Shown piece by piece: positions 56,480 to 64,000 of a DNA stretch of 64,000 bases (the stretch's first letter is position 1; the number at the start of each line of letters is the position of its first letter). The notes under the pieces are model-generated. The model was not told the origin of the DNA. It did no database searches and saw nothing but the letters and a program-made list of their open reading frames with translations. A program made the position numbers and the translations under genes. Source of the stretch: Nemertoderma westbladi (Eukaryota > Animalia > Xenacoelomorpha); assembly GCA_032718475.1 (NCBI GenBank), contig JAUCBJ010001234.1, positions 17,366 to 81,365 of the forward strand, given 5' to 3'.

Positions 56480-59400
56480 ATGGATCAGGTTACAGTGGTG
56501 GCCTTTCTAACCAAAACAATAAACGAAGTTGTTACATACCAATCGAGGGAAAGGAGCAGATCACTGCAGCGGGCATTTCTAATCAAAACAATAAACGTTG
56601 TTGTTATCTACCAATTGAAGGAAAGGATTAGGTTACAGAGGCGAGCTTTTCTAAACAAAATAATAAACGTTATGTTTACCTACCAATTGAGGGAAAGGAG
56701 CAGGTTACAGAGGCGGGCTTTTCTAAACGAAACAATAAACGATGTTGTTACCTACCAATCGAGGGAAGGGAGCAGGTTACAGAGGCGGGCTTTTCTAACC
56801 AAAACAATAAACGATATTGTTACCAATTGAGGGAAAGGAGCAGGTTGCAGAGGCGGGCTTTTCTAACCAAAACAATAAACGTTGTTGTTATCTACCAATT
56901 GAAGGAAAGGACCAGGTTACAGTGGCGGGCCTTTCTAACCAAAACAATATACGATGTTGTTACCTACCAATCGAGGGAAAAGAGCAGGTTACAGAGGCGA
57001 GCTTTTTCTAAACGAAACAATAAACGTTGTCATTATCTACCAATTAAAGGAAATGAGCATGTTACACAGGCGGCACACTAAACGATGTTGTTACCTACCA
57101 ATTGAGGGAAAGGAGCAGGTTACAGCAGCGGTATTTTCTAACCAAAACAATAAACGTTGTTGTTATCTACCAATTGAAGGAAAGGATTAGGTTACAGAGG
57201 AGGCTTTACTAAACAAAATAATAAACGTTGTTGTTACCTACCAATCGAGGAAAAGGAGCAGGTTACAGAGCCGGGCTTTTTCTAAACGAAACAATAAACG
57301 ATGTTGTTACCTACCAATCGAGGGAAGGGAGCAGGTTACAGAGCCGGGCTTTTCTAACCAAAACAATAAACGTTGTTGTTATCTACCAATTGAAGGAAAG
57401 GAGCATTTTACAGTGGCGTGCCATATCTAACCAAAACAATAAACGATGTTGTTACCTACCAATTGAAGGAAAGGAGCATGTTACAGGGGCGGCTCAATAA
57501 ACGTTGTTGTTACCTAACAACTGAGGTAAAGGAGCAGGTTACAGTGGCTGGCCTTTCTAACCAAAACAATAATCGATGTTGTTACCTACCAATTCAGGGA
57601 ATTGAGCAGGTTGCAGAGGCGGGCTTTTCTAACCAAAACAAAAAACGTTGTTTTTACCTACCCATTGAGGGAAATGAGCAGGTTAGATTGGCGGGATTTT
57701 CTAACTAATCAATAAACGTTGTTATTCCCACCTTCCCATTCACCTTCCCACATTTCCATCTTCCTACATTCCCAACCACCTTCCCACATTTCCACCCACC
57801 TTCCCACATTCCCTTCCACATTCCCATCCACATTCCCATCTTCCTACATTCCCACCCACCTTCCCACATTCCCATATTCCTACATTCCCAACCACCTTCC
57901 CACATTCCCATCCACCTTGCCGCACACCCAACTTTCCTCATTCCCACCCACCTTCCCACATTCCCTTCCACATTCCCACATTCCCATCCACATTCCCATC
58001 TTCCTACATTCCCACCCACATTCCCATCACCATTCCCACCCACCTTCCCACATTCCCATCTTCCAACAGTCCCATCCACCTTCCCATCCACCTTCCCACA
58101 TTCCCATCCACATTCCCATCTTCCTACATTCCCACCCACCTTCCCACATTCCCATCCACCTTCCCACATTCCCATCCACCTTCCCACATTCCCACCCACC
58201 TTCCCATCCATCTTCCCCCCACCCACCTTCCCACATTCCCATCCACCTTCCCACATTCCCATCCACCTTCCCACATTCCCATCTTCCTACATTCCAATTC
58301 ACCTTCCCATATTCCCATCCATATTCCCACATTCCAACATTCCCATCTTCCTACATTCCCACCCACCTTCCCATCTTCCCACATTCCCATCTTCCTACAT
58401 TCCCATCCACCTTCCCACACATTCCCATCCACCTTCCCATCTTACAACATTCCCATCCACCTTCCCATCTTCCAACATTCCCATCTTCCCATATTCCCAT
58501 CAACCTTCCCATCTTCACACATTACCATCTTCCTATATTCATATTCCCATCAACCTTCCCATCTTCCCACCCAGCCACCATCCCACATTCCCATCCACCT
58601 TCCCACTTTCCCATCTTCCTACATTCCCATCTTCCTACATTCCCACACACCTTCCCACCCATCTTCCCACATTCCCATCCACCTTCCCACATTCCCATCT
58701 TCCTATATTCCCATCCACCCACATTCCCAAATTCCAATCTTCCCACAATTCCATCTTCCTGCATTCCCATCTTCCTAGTAGGTTACAGATGCGGGCTTTT
58801 CTAAACAAAACAATACAAAGCAATAAACGTTGTTTTTACTTTCAATTGAGGGAAAGGAGCACGTCACAGCAGCGGGCATTTCTAACCTAAACAATAAACG
58901 TTGTTATTATCTACCAATTGAAGGAAAGGAGTAGGTTACAGAGGCGGCTTTAAAACAAAACAATTTAATTTTTTTACGTTGTTTTACCTACCAATTGAGG
59001 GAAAGGGGTAGGTTACAGTGACGCGCCTTTCTAACCAAAACAATAAACGTTGTTGTTACCTACCAATCGAGGGAAAGGAACAGGTCACAGCAGCGGGCAT
59101 TTCTAACCAAAATAATAAACGTTGTTGTGTTGTTATCTACCAATTGAAGGAAAGGAGTAGGTTACATAGGCGGGCTTTTCTAAACAAAACATTAAACGTT
59201 GTTTTTACCTACCAATTGAGGGAAAGGAGCAGGTTACGGAAGCTGGCTTTTCTAACCAAAACAAAAAACGTTGTTTTTACCTACCCATAGAGGGAAATGA
59301 GCAGGTAACATTGGCGGGATTTTCTAACTAAACAATAAACGATGTTATTCCCACCTTCCCATTCACCTTCCCACATTTTCTTCTTCCCACATTCCCATCC

Positions 59401-62400
59401 ACCTTGCCGCACTCCCATCTTTCCACATTCCCATCCACCTTCCCACATTCCCTTCCATCTTCCAACATTCCCATCTTCCAACATTCCCATTCACCTTCCC
59501 ACATTCCCATCCACATTCCCATCCAGATTCCCATCTTCCCACATTCCCATCCACCTTCCCACATTCCCACCCACCTTGCCACATTCCCATCCACATTCCC
59601 ATCCACATTCCCATCTTCCTACATTCCCACCCACCTTCCCACATTCCCATCACCATTCCCACCAACCTTCCCACATTTCCATCTTCCAACAGTCCCACCC
59701 ACCTTCCCATCCACCTTCCCACATTCCCATCCACATTCCCATCTTCCTACATTCCCACCCACCTTCCCACATTCCCATCCATCTTCCCACATTCCCACCC
59801 ACCTTCCCATCCATCTCCCCCCACCCACCTTCCCACTTTCCCATCCACCTTCCCACATTCCCATCCACCTTCCCACATTCCCATCTTCCTACATTCCCAT
59901 TCACCTTCCCATATTCCCATCCATCTTCCCAAATTCCAACATTCCCATCTTCCTACATTCCCACCCACCTTCCCATCTTCCCACATTCCCATCTTCCTAC
60001 ATTCCCATCCACCTTGCCGCACTCCCAACTTCCCACATTCCCATCCACATTCCCACATTCCCATCTTCCTACATTCCCATTCACCTTCCTACATTCCCAA
60101 CCACCTTCCCACATTCCCATCCACCTTGCCGCACACCCAACTTCCCACATTCCCTTCCACATTCCCACATTCCCATCCACATTCCCATCTTCCTACATTC
60201 CCACCCACCTTCCCACATTCCCATCACCATTCCCACCAACCTTGCCACATTTCCATCTTCCAACAGTCCCACCCACCTTCCCATCCACCTTCCCACATTC
60301 CCATCCACATTCCCATCTTCCTACATTCCCACCCACCTTCCCACATTCCCATCCACCTTCCCACATTCCCACCCACCTTCCCATCCATCTCCCCCCCACC
60401 CACCTTCCCACTTTCCCATCCACCTTCCCACATTCCCATCCATCTTCCCACATTCCCATCTTCCTACATTCCCATTCACCTTCCCATATTCCCATCCATC
60501 TTCCCACATTCCCATCCACCTTCCCACATTCCCATCTTCCTACATTCCCATTCACCTTCCCATATTCCCATCCATCTTCCCACATTCCAACATTCCCATC
60601 TTCATACATTCCCATCCACCTTCCCATCTTCCCACATTCCCATCTTCCTACATTCCCATCCACCTTCCCACACATTCCCATCCACCTTCCCACACATTCC
60701 CATCCACCTTCCCACACATTCCCATCCACCTTCCCACACATTCCCATCCACCTTCCCATCTTACAACATTCCCATCCACCTTCCCACCTTCCCATCTTCC
60801 AACATTCCCATCTTCCCACATTCCCATCAACCTTCCCATCTTCACACATTACCATCTTCCTATATTCCCATCAACCTTCCCATCTTCCCACCCAGCCACC
60901 ATCCCACATTCCCATCCACCTTCCCATCTTCCTACATTCCCATCTTCCTACATTCCCACACACCTTCCCATCCATCTTCCCACATTCCCATCCACCTTCC
61001 CACATTCCCATCTTCCTACATTCCCATCCACCCACATTCCCAAATTCCAATCTTCCCACATTTCCATCTTCCTGCCTTCCCATCTTCCTAGTAGGTTACA
61101 GATGCGGGCTTTTCTAAACAAAGCAATACAAAGCAATAAACGATGTTTTTACTTTCAATTGAGGGAAAGGAGCAAGTCACAGCAGCGGGCATTTCTAACC
61201 AAAACAATAAACGTTGTTATTACCTACCAATTGAAGGAAAGGAGTAGGTTACAGTGGCGCGCCTTTCTAACCAAAACAATAAACGTTGTTGTTACCTACC
61301 AATCGAGGGAAAGGAACAGGTCACAGCAGCGGGCATTTCTAACCAAAATAATAAACGTTGTTGTGTTGTTATCTACCAATTGAAGGAAAGGAGTAGGTTA
61401 CAGAGGCGGGCTTTTCTAAACAAAACATTAAACGTTGTTTTTACCTACCAATTGAGGGAAAGGAGCAGGTTAAGGAAGCTGGCTTTTCTAACCAAAACAA
61501 AAAACGTTGTTTTTACCTACCCATAGAGGGAAATGAGCAGGTGACATTGGCGGGATTTTCTAACTAAACAATAAACGTTGTTATTCCCACCTTCCCATTC
61601 ACCTTCCCACATTTCCTTCTTCCTACATTCCCAACCACCTTCCCACATTCCCATCCACCTTGCCGCACTCCCATCTTTCCACATTCCCACCCACCTTCCC
61701 ACATTCCCTTCCATCTTCCAACATTCCCATCTTCCAACATTCCCATTCACCTTCCCACATTCCCATCCACATTTCCATCCAGATTCCCATCTTCATACAT
61801 TCCCATCCACCTTCCCATCCATCTTCTCATATTCCCACCCACCCACCTTCCCACATTCCCATCCACCTTCCCATCCTTCTTACCATCTTCCCACCCACCC
61901 ACCTTCCCACATTCCCATCCACATTCCCATCCATCTTACCACCCACCCACCATCCCCCATTCCCATCCACCTTGCCGCACTCCCAACTTCCCACATTCCC
62001 ATCCACATTCCCATCTTCCTACATTCTCATTCACCATCCTACATTCCCATTCACCTTCCCATATTCCCATCCATCTTCCCACATTCCAACATTCCCACCT
62101 TCCTACATTCCCATCCACCTTCCCATCTTCCCACATTCCCATCATCCTACATTCCCATCCACCTTCAAACACATTCCCATCCACCTTCCCACATTCCCAT
62201 CAACCTTCCCATCTTCCAACATTCCCATCTTCCCACATTCCCATCAACCTTCCCATCTTCCCACATAACCATCTTCCCATCTTCCCACCCAGCCACCATC
62301 CCACATTCCCATCCACCTTCTCACATTTCCATCCACCTTCTCACATTCCCATCTTCCCACATTCCCATCTTCCTACATTCCCACACACCTTCCCACATCC

Positions 62401-64000
62401 CCATCCATCTTCCCACATTCCCATCCACCTTCCCACATTCCCATCTTCCTACATTCCCATCCACCCACATTCCCATCTTCCCACCCACCCACCTTCCCAT
62501 CCACCTTCCCACATTCGCATCTTCCTACATTCCCATTCGCCTTCCCATATTCCCATCCATCTTCCCACAATCCAACATTCCCATCTTCCCACATTCCCAC
62601 CCACCTTCCCATCTTCCCACATTCCCATCTTCCAACATTCCCATCCACCTTCCCACACATTCCCATCCACCTTCCCATGTTACCACATTCCCATCTTCCC
62701 ACATTCCCATCAACCTTCCTATGTACTACCTGTATAAACGTTGTTATTCCCACCTTCCCATTCACCTTCCCACATTCCCTTCTTCCTACATTCCCAGCCA
62801 CCTTCCCACATTCCCATCCACCATGCCGCACTCCCAACTTTCCACATTCCCACCCACCTTCCCACATTCCCTTCCATCTTCCCACATTCCCATCTTCCAA
62901 CATTCCCATTCACCTTCCCACATTCCCATCTACCTTGCCACATTCCCATCCACATTCCCATCTTCCTACATTCCCATCCACCTTCCCATCCATCTTCTCA
63001 TATTCCCATCTTCTTAACCACCCACCTTCCTACATTCCCATCCTTCTTACCATCTTCCCACCCACCCACCTTCCCACATTCCCATCCACATTCCCATCCA
63101 TCTTACCACCCACCCACCTTCCCACATTCCCATCCACCTTGCAGCACTCCCAACTTCCCACATTCCCATCCACATTTCCACATTCCCATCTTCCTACATT
63201 CCCATTCACCTTCCCATATTCCCATCCAGCTTCCCACATTCCAACATTCCTATCTTCCTACATTCCCATCCACCTTCCCATCTTCCCACATTCCCATCTT
63301 CCTACATTCCCATCCACCTTCAAACACATTCCCATCCACCTTCCCACATTCCAATCCACCTTACCATCTTCCAACATTCCCATCTTCCCACATTCCCATC
63401 AACCTTCCCATCTTCCCACATAACCATCTTCCTATATTCCCATCGACCTTCCCATCTTCCCACCCAACCACCATCCCACATTCCCATCCACCTTCCCACA
63501 TTCCCATCTTACCACATTCCCATTCACCTTCCCATCTTCCAACATTCCCATCTTCCTACATTCCCATCAACCTTCCCATCTTCTCACTTTACCATCTTCC
63601 CACATTCCCATCAACCTTCCCATCTTCCCACATAACCATCTTCCTATATTCCCATCAACCTTCCCATCTTCCCACCCAGCCACCATCCCACATTCCCATC
63701 CACCTTCCCACATTCCCATCTTACCACATTCCCATTCACCTTCCCATCTTCCCTCATTCCCATCTTCCTACATTCCCACACACATTCCCACATTCCCATC
63801 CATCTTCCCACATTCCCACCCACATTCCCATATTCCCATCTTCCCACCCACCCACCTTCCCATCCACCTTACCGCACTCTCAACTTCCCACATTCCCATC
63901 CACCTTCCCACATTCGCATCTTCCTACATTCCCATTCGCCTTCCCATATTCCCATCCATCTTCCCACAATCCCACATTCCCATCTTCCTACATTCCCACC
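56480..64000. repeat. Composite satellite: ~70-bp unit blocks alternating with C-rich (TTCCCACA/TTCCCATCCACC)n blocks; runs off the window end
   Basis: 70-bp unit TTTTCTAACCAAAACAATAAACGTTGTTGTTACCTACCAATTGAGGGAAAGGAGCAGGTTACAGAGGCGGGC at ~56480-57720, 58779-59345 and 61091-61580; C-rich blocks between and after. Confidence 0.95.

Noticed and set aside
57705-63847. His/Pro-rich and Gly/Trp-rich ORFs up to 659 aa
   Set aside because: Open in several frames on both strands because the low-complexity repeat lacks stops; no domain evidence.
57720-64000. Telomeric repeat
   Set aside because: The unit is TTCCCA-based and irregular, not TTAGGG/TTAGG-like.

Overview
AT-rich, repeat-dense animal (invertebrate-like) nuclear DNA, not prokaryotic. 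Host genes: (1) a minus-strand, six-exon methionine sulfoxide reductase A missed by the ORF track (approx. 5448-29881), with an in-frame TGA at the catalytic Cys (GMS-U-FWF), i.e. a probable selenoprotein; (2) an intronless SH3-DH-PH RhoGEF (ARHGEF4/ARHGEF9/SPATA13 family) nested antisense in the last MsrA intron; (3) an intronless MED16. Two tandem arrays in MsrA introns (an 8.4-kb 41/38-bp satellite and a 0.7-kb minisatellite) are built from copies of the adjacent 3' splice site. The centre of the window is a young, very large (18.8 kb) Bel/Pao LTR retrotransposon with 1296-bp near-identical LTRs and a GTTTC target-site duplication. It has a frameshifted gag-pol and an intact extra 1395-aa ORF carrying a WRN/RNase D-type DEDDy 3'-5' exonuclease-like domain, CCHC zinc knuckles and a basic C-terminus. 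It lacks a TGG tRNA primer-binding site; the PBS position is instead complementary to its own LTR, suggesting Tf1-style self-priming. The remainder is MITEs (hAT-like, Kolobok-like, foldback), decayed Tc1/mariner, P-superfamily and LINE remnants, and a composite satellite at the right end. All calls come from reading the sequence by eye; no searches were run.
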